This document shows, in pieces, positions 38,701 to 52,458 of a stretch of DNA of 64,000 nt. Both the position numbers and the translations under genes were made by a program. The notes under the pieces are model-generated. The model saw nothing but the letters and a program-made list of their open reading frames with translations. It was not told the DNA's origin and did not search any database. Positions within the stretch are counted from its first letter, which is position 1. Every line of letters begins with the position of its first letter. Origin of the DNA: Balanoglossus misakiensis (Eukaryota > Animalia > Hemichordata); the NCBI GenBank assembly GCA_040954595.2, contig CM082588.2, forward strand, positions 11,917,398-11,981,397, given 5' to 3'.

Positions 38701-39899
38701 AGAATATTAATCACACTAGCAGTCATAATACTTTTGAATTATCACTAAAGAACATATAGAAAAATTAAACAGGTTTTAATTATTTATATTTGAACGCAAA
38801 GCGTAAATTCCCTTGTGCCATGGAATTGACAATCTGCAACTGGTGGGGTCCTTGTGCCAGTAAAAAGCATCAGATAAATTCTGCATGCTCATCACCGAGG
38901 CAATTTAGGTGTACTTTTGTACTTTGAGAACTGTCGGTTTTCGCAACTGAAACTCTGTTCACAGGACAGAGGAAAAACTAGAATGACAACAGCTATGTAA
39001 GCTAACAAAAGGAACACAGAGCATAGTTCTCCATACTCACATTTTAATGCAATAATTTTTGCTGAAACTGGGGCGTCCGTGGGCAGGCTTGCAAATAAGG
39101 CCCATGTCTCTTGTTCGCTGAGATTGTCTGGTTCTAATAATAGCTGTAAGAACTTGATCATTGACCGAACTGTTGGTTCAATTTTGCAACATTTTATGAT
39201 TTCAAGCTGTGCAATATCTGCAACTCAGTTTCAACTTTGGTTGGAGGGATGATGATGAAGCCATTTCACTGACAAAATAGCGCTACTGACTGATGTCAAT
39301 GTTTGTTTACAGTCAAATGCATTGCCATCATAAAAATACATGTGAGAAATTTCTTATGTGTATGATACACACTTTTGTGCATGACTGCAAACTCTGTTAC
39401 AGTTGTGAAATTCTAAGGGTTGAATTCATTGGGTAGAATTCATGTTTTTTGGATTCTTAAACAACCAGTCACGAAAGCTAAGTGGTTACCTCAGAGAAAC
39501 TGTGTTAAATTTGGTCATCAATTGCTTTAAATCACACAAGACATTCCCAGAGCTAAAGTTACTGCAGCAGTCAGTTTCAACTCAGCTTGCAAATTGGGAT
39601 CATGTCTTGTGTTCATCGAGACTGTCTGTAGTCGAGTTGACAGTCCTATGGGGTCAATGATGAACCTACAAATGTTCTTTCCAATGAAATTGTTATAAAT
39701 CTAATATTCAGGATTTGCATTCATACCTTAAACAATATAACTGTATTGCAAATATGGCAACTCTTCTAAGTTACATTGGAACACCTTCTCGCCACTGTTT
39801 GTGCCAAAATGATGAATAAGCTTTCATTTTCAAGCCTTAACATAGCACCCAAAACAAGACAACAGCATTGCAAATATGGCATTTTTTGTTCAACACTTC

Positions 39900-40555
39900 T
39901 CATTTGCATAGTCCAAAATGGCCGCCAAACTCCTCTAACATGTAAATTTCCTATGGTCGTCTTAAATAGCGTGTAGTATCGCATTTGAAGGGTTTTCATC
40001 AATATGGGTACCTAAAACAATTTCAACGTGGTTGACATTGCAATGTTAGACAGCTGTTCTAATTTGCATAATCTAGAATGGCCGACAAAGTTCTCTAACA
40101 TGTAAATTTACTATGGTTGTCTTTAATAGTGTGTAATATCGCATTTGCAGGGTTTTCATCAATATGGGTACCTAAAACAATTTCAACGTCGTTGACATGG
40201 CAATATTAGACAGCTGTTCTAATTTGCATAATCCAAAATGGCCACCAAACTCTTCTTAAATGTAAATTTCCCTGTTTTGTCTTATATGGTGCCTAAAATC
40301 GCATTTGCAGGGTTTTCATCAATATGGGTAACTAAAACAATTTCAGCGTGGTTGACATGGCAATATTAGACAACTGTTCTAATTTGCATAATCCAAAATG
40401 GCCGACAAACTTCTCTAACATGTAAATTTCCCTGGTTTGTCTTATATGGTGTGTAATATCACATTTTCACGGTTTTATTTAATATGGGTACCTAAAACAA
40501 TTTCAACGTGGTTGACATGGCAATATTAGACAACTGTTCTAATTTGCATAATTCC
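39900..40555 (+). repeat. 160-bp tandem repeat, ~4-5 units (about 2 units in the mirror at 14200-14450)
   Basis: atttgcata recurs at exact 160-bp spacing (~39902, 40062, 40222, 40382, 40542). Confidence 0.92.
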
Positions 40556-41160
40556 AACACCTGCTGGATAATTTAATTTTTGCCCTTCTTGTCCCATGAT
40601 TATATGTGTAATATCTCATTTTCAATGTGTTTACATGTATATATGCAGAATCCATTTCAAACTAAGTGGGCATATTGTAGCGCCAATCTTATTTCTTAAT
40701 CCGCACCACAGAACTGATGCAAGGTTTAGGACTGGAAATGTATGTGGCCACTGGCCGACACCCCGGGCGAGAGGTCTCCAATTATTTTCAGCACGTAGTG
40801 TGCTTCCCGGTTGATAACATCAATATGTGTAAATGCCAAAAATCCGACCTATTGTAATACCAGTCAAATTTTCTTTGTCATTTACCATTTTTCTCTTGCA
40901 TATGAAGGTTTTTCTTAAAGAGTACATACCCATATACATTTGTATGGGAGCACACATCCCCACCCCCTGCCAACAATAATTGGACAACTTTATTCTTCTT
41001 ATACTTCTTTTAGTCTAAACATTCATATAGAGAAGGCAACATGTTCTTGAAGCTGCTGACTATGGAAATATGATGAAGTACATTTTCCTAGTTGTACATG
41101 TACAGTATGATAGGCCCAATGTACCAATTGGAGATGTGTGCCTTACAGGCAACATACATG

Positions 41161-44100
41161 TAGCTCTGCATGGCCTGGTTAATCAATGTTGACGCAAAGG
41201 TTGACCCTACCAAACACTCAAAATTAATGGGCACGACACTGGCCACTAGCTCTGCATGGCCTGGTTAATCAAAGTTGACGCAAAGGTTGACCCCACCAAA
41301 CACTCAAAATTGATGGGCACGACACTGGCCACTAGCTCTGCATGGCCTGGTTAATCAATGTTGACGCAAAGGTTGACCCCACCAAACACTCAAAATTGAT
41401 GGGCACGACACTGGCCACTAGCTCTGCATGGCCTGGTTAATCAATTTTGACGCAAAGGTTGACCCCACCAAACACTCAAAATTGATGGGCACGACACTGG
41501 CCACTAGCTCTGCATGGCCTGGTTAATCAATGTTGACGCAAAGGTTGACCCCACCAAACACTCAAAATTGTTGGGCACGACACTGGCTACTACAATGTAG
41601 CTCTGCATGGCCTGGTTAATCAATGTTGACGCAAAGGTTGACCCCACCAAACACTCAAAATTGATGGGCACGACACTGGCCACTAGCTCTGCATGGCCTG
41701 GTTAATCAATGTTGACGCAAAGGTTAACCCCACCAAACACTCAAAATTGATGGGCACGACAATGGCCACTACAATGTAGCTCTGCATGGCCTGGTTAATC
41801 AATGTTGACGCAAAGGTTGACCCCACCAAACACTCAAAATTGATGGGCACGACACTGGCCACTAGCTCTGCATGGCCTGGTTAATCAATGTTGACGCAAA
41901 GGTTGACCCCACCAAACACTCAAAATTGATGGGCACGACACTGGCCACTAGCTCTGCATGGCCTGGTTAATCAATGTTGACGCAAAGGTTGACCCCACCA
42001 AACACTCAAAATTGATGGGCACGACACTGGCCACTAGCTCTGCATGGCCTGGTTAATCAAGGTTGACGCAAAGGTTGACCCCACCAAACACTCAAAATTG
42101 ATGGGCTCGACACTGGCCACTAGCTCTGCATGGCCTGGCTAATCAAGGTTGACACAAAGGTTGACCCCACCAAACACTCAAAATTGATGGGCACGGCACT
42201 GGCCACTAGCTCTGCATGGCCTGGCTAATCAAGGTTGACGCAAAGGTTGACCCCACCAAACACTCAAAATTAATGGGCGCGACACTGGCCACTAGCTCTG
42301 GCCTGGCTAATTAATGTTGACGCAAGGGTTGACCCCACCAAACACTCAAAATTAATGGGCGCGACACTGGCCACTAAGCGCTGGCCTGGCTAATCAATGT
42401 TGACGCAAGGGTTGACCCCACCAAACACTCATAATTGATGGGCACGACACTCGCCACTAGCTCTGGCCTGGCTAATCAAGGTTGACGCAAAGGTTGACCC
42501 CACCAAACACTCAAAATTGATGGGCACGACACTGGCCACTAGCTCTGCATGGCCTGGTTAATCAATGTTGACGCAAAGGTTGACCCCACCAAACACTCAA
42601 AATTGATGGGCACGACACTGGCCACTAGCTCTGCATGGCCTGGCTAATCAAGGTTGACGCAAGGGTTGACCCCACCAAACACTCAAAATTGATGGGCACG
42701 ACACTGGCCACTAGCTCTGCATGGCCTGGTTAATCAATGTTGACGCAAAGGTTGACCCCACCAAACACTCAAAATTGATGGGCACGACACTGGCCACTAG
42801 CTCTGCATGGCCTGGTTAATCAATGTTGACGCAAAGGTTGACCCCACCAAACACTCAAAATTGATGGGCACGACACTGGCCACTAGCTCTGCATGGCCTG
42901 GTTAATCAATGTTGACGCAAAGGTTGACCCCACCAAACACTCAAAATTGATGGGCACGACACTGGCTACTACAATGTAGCTCTGCATGGCCTGGTTAATC
43001 AATGTTGACGCAAAGGTTGACCCCACCAAACACTCAAAATTGATGGGCACGACACTGGCCACTAGCTCTGCATGGCCTGGTTAATCAATGTTGACGCAAA
43101 GGTTGACCCCACCAAACACTCAAAATTGTTGGGCACGACACTGGCTACTACAATGTAGCTCTGCATGGCCTGGTTAATCAATGTTGACGCAAAGGTTGAC
43201 CCCACCAAACACTCAAAATTGATGGGCACGACACTGGCCACTAGCTCTGCATGGCCTGGTTAATCAATGTTGACGCAAAGGTTGACCCCACCAAACACTC
43301 AAAATTGATGGGCACGACACTGGCCACTAGCTCTGCATGGCCTGGTTAATCAATGTTGACGCAAAGGTTGACCCCACCAAACACTCAAAATTGATGGGCA
43401 CGACACTGGCCACTAGCTCTGCATGGCCTGGTTAATCAATGTTGACGCAAAGGTTGACCCCACCAAACACTCAAAATTGATGGGCACGACACTGGCCACT
43501 AGCTCTGCATGGCCTGGTTAATCAATGTTGACGCAAAGGTTGACCCCACCAAACACTCAAAATTGATGGGCACGACACTGGCCACTAGCTCTGCATGGCC
43601 TGGTTAATCAAGGTTGACGCAAAGGTTGACCCCACCAAACACTCAAAATTGATGGGCTCGACACTGGCCACTAGCTCTGCATGGCCTGGCTAATCAAGGT
43701 TGACGCAAAGGTTGACTCCACCAAACACTCAAAATTGATGGGCACGGCACTGGCCACTAGCTCTGCATGGCCTGGCTAATCAAGGTTGACGCAAAGGTTG
43801 ACCCCACCAAACACTCAAAATTAATGGGCGCGACACTGGCCACTAGCTCTGGCCTGGCTAATTAATGTTGTCGCAAGGGTTGACCCCACCAAACACTCAA
43901 AATTGATGGGCACGACACTGGCCACTAGCTCTGGCCTGGCTAATCAAGGTTGACGCAAAGGTTGAACCCACCAAACACTCAAAATTGATGGGCACGACAC
44001 TGGCCACTAGCTCTGGCCTGGCTAATCAAGGTTGACGCAAGGGTTGACCCCACCAAACACTCAAAATTAATGGGCGCGACACTGGCCACTAAGCTCTGGC

Positions 44101-47100
44101 CTGGCTAATCAATGTTGACGCAAAGGTTGACCCCACCAAACACTCATAATTGATGGGCACGACACTGGCCACTAGCTCTGGCGTGGCTAATCAAGGTTGA
44201 CGCAAAGGTTGACCCCACCAAACACTCAAAATTGATGGGCACGACACTGGCCACTAGCTCTGCATGGCCTGGTTAATCAATGTTGACGCAAAGGTTGACC
44301 CAACCAAACACTCAAAATTGATGGGCACGACACTGGCCACTAGCTCTGCATGGCCTGGTTAATCAATGTTGACGCAAAGGTTGACCCCACCAAACACTCA
44401 AAATTGATGGGCACGACACTGGCCACTAGCTCTGCATGGCCTGGTTAATCAATGTTGACGCATGGGTTGACCCCACCAAACACTCAAAATTGATGGGCAC
44501 GACACTGGCCACTAGCTCTGCATGGCCTGGTTAATCAATGTTGACGCAAAGGTTGACCCCACCAAACACTCAAAATTGATGGGCACGACACTGGCCACTA
44601 GCTCTGCATGGCCTGGTTAATCAATGTTGACGCAAAGGTTGACCCCACCAAACACTCAAAATTGATGGGCACGACACTGGCTACTACAATGTAGCTCTGC
44701 ATGGCCTGGTTAATCAATGTTGACGCAAAGGTTGACCCCACCAAACACTCAAAATTGATGGGCACGACACTGGCCACTAGCTCTGCATGGCCTGGTTAAT
44801 CAATGTTGACGCAAAGGTTGACCCCACCAAACACTCAAAATTGATGGGCACGACACTGGCCACTACAATGTAGCTCTGCATGGCCTGGTTAATCAATGTT
44901 GACGCAAAGGTTGACCCCACCAAACACTCAAAATTGATGGGCACGACACTGGCCACTAGCTCTGCATGGCCTGGTTAATCAAGGTTGACGCAAAGGTTGA
45001 CCCCACCAAACACTCAAAATTGATGGGCTCGACACTGGCCACTAGCTCTGCATGGCCTGGCTAATCAAGGTTGACGCAAAGGTTGACCCCACCAAACACT
45101 CAAAATTGATGGGCACGGCACTGGCCACTAGCTCTGCATGGCCTGGCTAATCAAGGTTGACGCAAAGGTTGACCCCACCAAACACTCAAAATTAATGGGC
45201 GCGACACTGGCCACTAGCTCTGCATGGCCTGGCTAATCAATGTTGACGCAAGGGTTGACCCCACCAAACACTCAAAATTGATGGGCACGACACTGGCCAC
45301 TAGCTCTGGCCTGGCTAATCAAGGTTGACGCAAAGGTTGACCCCACCAAACACTCAAAATTGATGGGCACGACACTGGCCACTAGCTCTGGCCTGGCTAA
45401 TCAAGGTTGACGCAAGGGTTGACCCCACCAAACACTCAAAATTAATGGGCGCGACACTGGCCACTAAGCTCGGGCACGACACTCGCCACTAGCTCTGGCC
45501 TGGCTAATCAAGGTTGACGCAAGGGTTGACCCCACCAAACACTCAAAATTGATGGGCACGACACTGTCCACTAAGCTCTGGCCTGGCTAATCAAGGTTGA
45601 CGCAAGGGTTGACCCCACCAAACACTCATAATTGATGGGCACGACACTGGCCACTAGCTCTGGCCTGGCTAATCAAGGTTGACGCAAGGGTTGACCCCAC
45701 CAAACACTCAAAATTGATGGGCACGACACTGGCCACTAGCTCTGGCCTGGCTAATCAATGTTGACGCAAGGGTTGACCCCACCAAACACTCAAAATTGAT
45801 GGGCACGACACTGGCCACTAGCTCTGGCCTGGCTAATCAATGTTGACGCAAGGGTTGACCCCACCAAACACTCAAAATTGATGGGCGCGACACTGGCCAC
45901 TAGCTCTGGCCTGGCTAATCAATGTTGACGCAAGGGTTGACCCCACCAAACACTCAAAATTAATGGGCGCGACACTGGCCACTAGCTCTGGCCTGGCTAA
46001 TCAATGTTGACGCAAGGGTTGACCCCACCAAACACTCAAAATTGATGGGCGCGACACTGGCCACTAGCTCTGGCGTGGCTAATCAAGGTTGACGCAAAGG
46101 TTGACCCCACCAAACACTCAAAATTAATGGGCGCGACACTGGCCCCTAGCTCTGGCCTGGCTAATCCAGGTTGACGCAAAGGGTTGACCCCACCAAACAC
46201 TCAAAATTAATGGGCGCGACACTGGCCACTAAGCTCTGGCCTGGCTAATCAATGTTGACGCAAGGGTTGACCCCACCAAACACTCATAATTGATGGGCAC
46301 GACACTCGCCACTAGCTCTGGCCTGGCTAATCAAGGTTGACGCAGGGTTGACCCCACCAAACACTCAAAATTGATGGGCACGACACTGGCCACTAAGCTC
46401 TGGCCTGGCTAATCAAGGTTGACGCAAGGGTTGACCCCACCAAACACTCAAAATTGATGGGCACGACACTGGCCACTAAGCTCTGGCCTGGCTAATCAAG
46501 GTTGACGCAAGGGTTGACCCCACCAAACACTCAAAATTGATGGGCACGACACTGGCCACTAGCTCTGGCCTGGCTAATCAATGTTGACGCAAGGGTTGAC
46601 CCCACCAAACACTCAAAATTGATGGGCGCGACACTGGCCACTAGCTCTGCATGGCCTGGCTAATCAATGTTGACGCAAGGGTTGACCCCACCAAACACTC
46701 AAAATTGATGGGCACGACACTGGCCACTAGCTCTGGCCTGGCTAATCAAGGTTGACGCAAAGGTTGACCCCACCAAACACTCAAAATTGATGGGCACGAC
46801 ACTGGCCACTAGCTCTGGCCTGGCTAATCAAGGTTGACGCAAGGGTTGACCCCACCAAACACTCAAAATTAATGGGCGCGACACTGGCCACTAAGCTCTG
46901 GCCTGGCTAATCAATGTTGATGCAAGGGTTGACCCCACCAAACACTCATAATTGATGGGCACGACACTCGCCACTAGCTCTGGCCTGGCTAATCAAGGTT
47001 GACGCAAGGGTTGACCCCACCAAACACTCAAAATTGATGGGCACGACACTGTCCACTAAGCTCTGGCCTGGCTAATCAAGGTTGACGCAAGGGTTGACCC

Positions 47101-50100
47101 CACCAAACACTCATAATCGATGGGCACGACACTGGCCACTAGCTCTGGCCTGGCTAATCAAGGTTGACGCAAGGGTTGACCCCACCAAACACTCAAAATT
47201 GATGGGCACGACACTGGCCACTAGCTCTGGCCTGGCTAATCAATGTTGATGCAAGGGTTGACCCCACCAAACACTCAAAATTGATGGGCACGACACTGGC
47301 CACTAGCTCTGGCCTGGCTAATCAATGTTGATGCAAGGGTTGACCCCACCAAACACTCAAAATTGATGGGCGCGACACTGGCCACTAGCTCTGGCCTGGC
47401 TAATCAATGTTGACGCAAGGGTTGACCCCACCAAACACTCAAAATTAATGGGTGCGACACTGGCCACTAGCTCTGGTCTGGCTAATCAATGTTGACGCAA
47501 GGGTTGACCCCACCAAACACTCAAAATTGATGGGCGCGACACTGGCCACTAGCTCTGGCGTGGCTAATCAAGGTTGACGCAACGGTTGACCCCACCAAAC
47601 ACTCAAAATTAATGGGCGCGACACTGGCCCCTAGCTCTGGCCTGGCTAATCCAGGTTGACGCAAGGGTTGACCCCACCAAACACTCAAAATTAATGGGCG
47701 CGACACTGGCCACTAAGCTCTGGCCTGGCTAATCAATGTTGACGCAAGGGTTGACCCCACCAAACACTCATAATTGATGGGCACGACACTCGCCACTAGC
47801 TCTGGCCTGGCTAATCAAGGTTGACGCAAGGGTTGACCCCACCAAACACTCAAAATTGATGGGCACGACACTGGCCACTAAGCTCTGGCCTGGCTAATCA
47901 AGGTTGACGCAAGGGTTGACCCCACCAAACACTCAAAATTGATGGGCACGACACTGGCCACTAAGCTCTGGCCTGGCTAATCAAGGTTGACGCAAGGGTT
48001 GACCCCACCAAACACTCAAAATTGATGGGCACGACACTGGCCACTAGCTCTGGCCTGGCTAATCAATGTTGATGCAAGGGTTGACCCCACCAAACACTCA
48101 AAATTGATGGGCGCGACACTGGCCACTAGCTCTGGCCTGGCTAATCAATGTTGACGCAAGGGTTGACCCCACCAAACACTCAAAATTAATGGGCGCGACA
48201 CTGGCCACTAAGCTCTGGCCTGGCTAATCAATGTTGACGCAAGGGTTGACCCCACCAAACACTCATAATTGATGGGCACGACACTCGCCACTAGCTCTGG
48301 CCTGGCTAATCAAGGTTGACGCAGGGTTGACCCCACCAAACACTCAAAATTGATGGGCACGACACTGGCCACTAAGCTCTGGCCTGGCTAATCAAGGTTG
48401 ACGCAAGGGTTGACCCCACCAAACACTCAAAATTGATGGGCACGGCACTGGCCACTAGCTCTGCATGGCCTGGCTAATCAAGGTTGACGCAAAGGTTGAC
48501 CCCACCAAACACTCAAAATTAATGGGCGCGACACTGGCCACTAGCTCTGGCCTGGCTAATCAATGTTGACGCAAGGGTTGACCCCACCAAACACTCAAAA
48601 TTGATGGGCGCGACACTGGCCACTAGCTCTGCATGGCCTGGCTAATCAATGTTGACGCAAGGGTTGACCCCACCAAACACTCAAAATTGATGGGCACGAC
48701 ACTGGCCACTAGCTCTGGCCTGGCTAATCAAGGTTGACGCAAAGGTTGACCCCACCAAACACTCAAAATTGATGGGCACGACACTGGCCACTAGCTCTGG
48801 CCTGGCTAATCAAGGTTGACGCAAGGGTTGACCCCACCAAACACTCAAAATTAATGGGCGCGACACTGGCCACTAAGCTCTGGCCTGGCTAATCAATGTT
48901 GATGCAAGGGTTGACCCCACCAAACACTCATAATTGATGGGCACGACACTCGCCACTAGCTCTGGCCTGGCTAATCAAGGTTGACGCAAGGGTTGACCCC
49001 ACCAAACACTCAAAATTGATGGGCACGACACTGTCCACTAAGCTCTGGCCTGGCTAATCAAGGTTGACGCAAGGGTTGACCCCACCAAACACTCATAATC
49101 GATGGGCACGACACTGGCCACTAGCTCTGGCCTGGCTAATCAAGGTTGACGCAAGGGTTGACCCCACCAAACACTCAAAATTGATGGGCACGACACTGGC
49201 CACTAGCTCTGGCCTGGCTAATCAATGTTGATGCAAGGGTTGACCCCACCAAACACTCAAAATTGATGGGCACGACACTGGCCACTAGCTCTGGCCTGGC
49301 TAATCAATGTTGACGCAAGGGTTGACCCCACCAAACACTCAAAATTGATGGGCGCGACACTGGCCACTAGCTCTGGCCTGGCTAATCAATGTTGACGCAA
49401 GGGTTGACCCCACCAAACACTCAAAATTAATGGGTGCGACACTGGCCACTAGCTCTGGTCTGGCTAATCAATGTTGACGCAAGGGTTGACCCCACCAAAC
49501 ACTCAAAATTGATGGGCGCGACACTGGCCACTAGCTCTGGCGTGGCTAATCAAGGTTGACGCAACGGTTGACCCCACCAAACACTCAAAATTAATGGGCG
49601 CGACACTGGCCCCTAGCTCTGGCCTGGCTAATCCAGGTTGACGCAAGGGTTGACCCCACCAAACACTCAAAATTAATGGGCGCGACACTGGCCACTAAGC
49701 TCTGGCCTGGCTAATCAATGTTGACGCAAGGGTTGACCCCACCAAACACTCATAATTGATGGGCACGACACTCGCCACTAGCTCTGGCCTGGCTAATCAA
49801 GGTTGACGCAAGGGTTGACCCCACCAAACACTCAAAATTGATGGGCACGACACTGGCCACTAAGCTCTGGCCTGGCTAATCAAGGTTGACGCAAGGGTTG
49901 ACCCCACCAAACACTCAAAATTGATGGGCACGACACTGGCCACTAAGCTCTGGCCTGGCTAATCAAGGTTGACGCAAGGGTTGACCCCACCAAACACTCA
50001 AAATTGATGGGCACGACACTGGCCACTAGCTCTGGCCTGGCTAATCAATGTTGATGCAAGGGTTGACCCCACCAAACACTCAAAATTGATGGGCGCGACA

Positions 50101-50439
50101 CTGGCCACTAGCTCTGGCCTGGCTAATCAATGTTGACGCAAGGGTTGACCCCACCAAACACTCAAAATTGATGGGCGCGACACTGGCCACTAGCTCTGGC
50201 CTGGCTAATCAATGTTGACGCAAGGGTTGACCCCACCAAACACTCAAAATTTATGGGCGCGACACTGGCCACTAGCTCTGGCCTGGCTAATCAATGTTGA
50301 CGCAAGGGTTGACCCCACCAAACACTCAAAATTGATGGGCACGACACTGGCCACTAGCTCTGGCGTGGCTAATCAAGGTTGACGCAAAGGTTGACCCCAC
50401 CAAACACTCAAAATTAATGGGCGCGACACTGGCCACTAA
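41161..50439. repeat. Satellite array, ~9.3 kb, ~110 monomers of 86 bp (variants of 82, 83 and 93 bp), with higher-order structure
   Basis: Monomer tagctctgcatggcctggttaatcaatgttgacgcaaaggttgaccccaccaaacactcaaaattgatgggcacgacactggccac; identical ORF-track hits at 47521 and 49503 give a 1982-bp period. Confidence 0.98.
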
Positions 50440-51264
50440 GGCTGCATTCACAAACACCTCTGGAGGGGGGGGGGGGGCAGGAGAATTGAGGGGGGGATTT
50501 GTCAATGTTTGAAAGGTGTTGATAAATGGAGGGTATGTAAGGGGGGGGATTTGAAATAATTTAGGGACTGAAAGGGGGGGACTTGAAAACTTTGACGACT
50601 AAATATTTATTTTGAGTCCACAAAAATGCAGTTTCGCGCCCTTTATTTTACAAAATTTTCTAATGTGGGAGGGGGACACCCCCTCCCACACCCACCCCCT
50701 CCATCTATCAACACCTTTCAAACATTGACTGGTTTATCTAGTGTCCCAGGTCAGGGGACTTGCCCCCACCCCATGATAACTTTGAGCGCGTGGCGGTTAA
50801 ATTTGTCCTCCCCAACATACCGGTAGTTGAGTTAATGTGCTTTTGCCAGGTTCATTAAAATGCAGCTTTGAGCTCTGTATTTTATAAAATTTTCTTACGT
50901 GGGAGGGGGACACCCTCTCCCAAACCCACCCCCTTCAATTCTTGGTTTACAATGTCTCCCAACACAGAATACAGATACTTAAAAAATAAAAACAATGTTC
51001 AGTTTTAATACCCACTGATGAGGGGAAACATCAGTTTCAAATTCTTTTCATGGGAGCGCTGTTTTTCTTTTTTACAAGATAGATAGGTGATGTGTTTTGC
51101 TGAGTGGAAGAAAATGGGGGGGGGGGACTTGAAAATTTTAGCAGTTCGGAAGGGGGGGATTTGAAAATATTTCGGGTTGTTGAGGGGGGGCATGTGAAAA
51201 TTAACGGTAAAAAAAATTGAATTCTCCCGCCCCCCCCCCTCCAGAGGTGTTTGTGAATGCAGCC
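50440..51264. mobile_element. PIF/Harbinger-type MITE, 825 bp
   Basis: Perfect >30-bp TIRs ggctgcattcacaaacacctctggagggggg / cccccctccagaggtgtttgtgaatgcagcc; TAA TSD at 50437-39 and 51265-67. Confidence 0.92.
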
Positions 51265-51777
51265 TAATCTTGCCATAATGTATGAAAATCAGAATCTTTG
51301 TCAGAGTGGAGTGAATATTTACATGTACCGTTCAAGCTATTTATCATAGTGTTGTATGGAGGGAGCCATATTTGGGTGCTGCATCCAATTATTATTTGTC
51401 TGACTAAAACCTCCATGCTGTCCCACTCAGTTGACATTTATAATTAGGTAAACATTATAAGTAAGAACGTTTTATGGACTAGTTGTATCTAAATGTAAAA
51501 TCGTGAAATTAATAATGTCAAAGGTTGCAGTTCATGTGCCTTTAATAAAGATAAGCGATCGGGTCATGCAATTTTTGTCATCAAAGTTTCCGAGCGAAGT
51601 AATTGCCTGTGTGTGGGGGGAGGGTACTTTCCAGTGTGTAGTATTTACAGGGACATTTGAAGCATGTGCATTTGTTATCATAGTTATTGTTCAATTTGTC
51701 TCGAAGTCAGTGTTAAAATAAACTTCAAAAAATCAAAATGATTGAACTGTCTTTTGTTCTTATACTCTGGTGTAATA

Positions 51778-51813
51778 CTTTCACCTTAGACCCTTAGGGG
51801 TCTATGCTTTCGC
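51778..51813. mobile_element. Probable P-element excision footprint (fused TIR tips between a 7-bp TSD)
   Basis: ctttcac-CTTAGACCCTTAGGGGTCTATG-ctttcgc; both halves resemble the CATAGACCC.../...GGGTCTATG terminus at 59245. Confidence 0.55.
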
Positions 51814-52458
51814 ACACTTGGCTCATGGAAGTACAGCTACAGAATACTATATCACTCATGAAAATAATTTGTATACGCCCCAATGATCCTGCACTGTTGT
51901 TGCACACTTCTTTCTTAATATTTCTATTTCATTCATAATTCTCCAAGAATAGCTTCCACAAAACTCTATTGCACTGACAACTGCCCCCCCCCCCTTGAAG
52001 CTCTATTGCACTGACAATGGACACCCCCCCCCCAATACCTTCATGCATCACAAGTGTTGTCCAAATTCAAAATCATATCCCTAATATGATCTCCAAAAAC
52101 TTATTTAGTCATACACCAAAAATAACAGCATACAAAAAAAACAAATTAACAGTATTTACAAAATATCAAGACTTTAGATTGCACATGTTTATCAAAAATA
52201 GAGTCACGGACGTGTTTTTCTCAGGGGTCTATGATTGACTGTTTGGATGTAAATAAAAAGTCAGCAAGCCTGTAGCACAGTGTACTCATTTCAAAATTTA
52301 CATTTTTCAAGTGACAGTTGATATAGGAATACATCATTTTATTTCATGTTCATAAAATAGCCACTGCCATTATTGACTGCTGTCATCACCAATCTCCTAC
52401 AAAAAGTGAAGACAGCAAGATGAATGTACACCCTCAAAGTTTTAGAGCTTCTTTTTTT

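Larger units (their letters stand above)
31037..41155 (+). repeat. Right arm of the large inverted duplication
   Basis: See left arm; ORF-track entries 24543-24731(+) and 30947-31201(-) translate to nearly the same peptide. Homology ends where the satellite begins. Confidence 0.93.

Noticed and set aside
14820-40814. Numerous 60-170-aa ORFs in the palindrome arms
   Set aside because: They lie in MITEs, HINE-like repeats and microsatellites, have no recognisable motifs, and frames are generally not preserved between arms.
47521-49688. Two identical 61-aa ORFs
   Set aside because: Chance open frames in satellite variants, duplicated by the higher-order repeat.
41161-50439. CRISPR array
   Set aside because: Monomers are contiguous with no unique spacers, there are no cas genes, and the context is eukaryotic.
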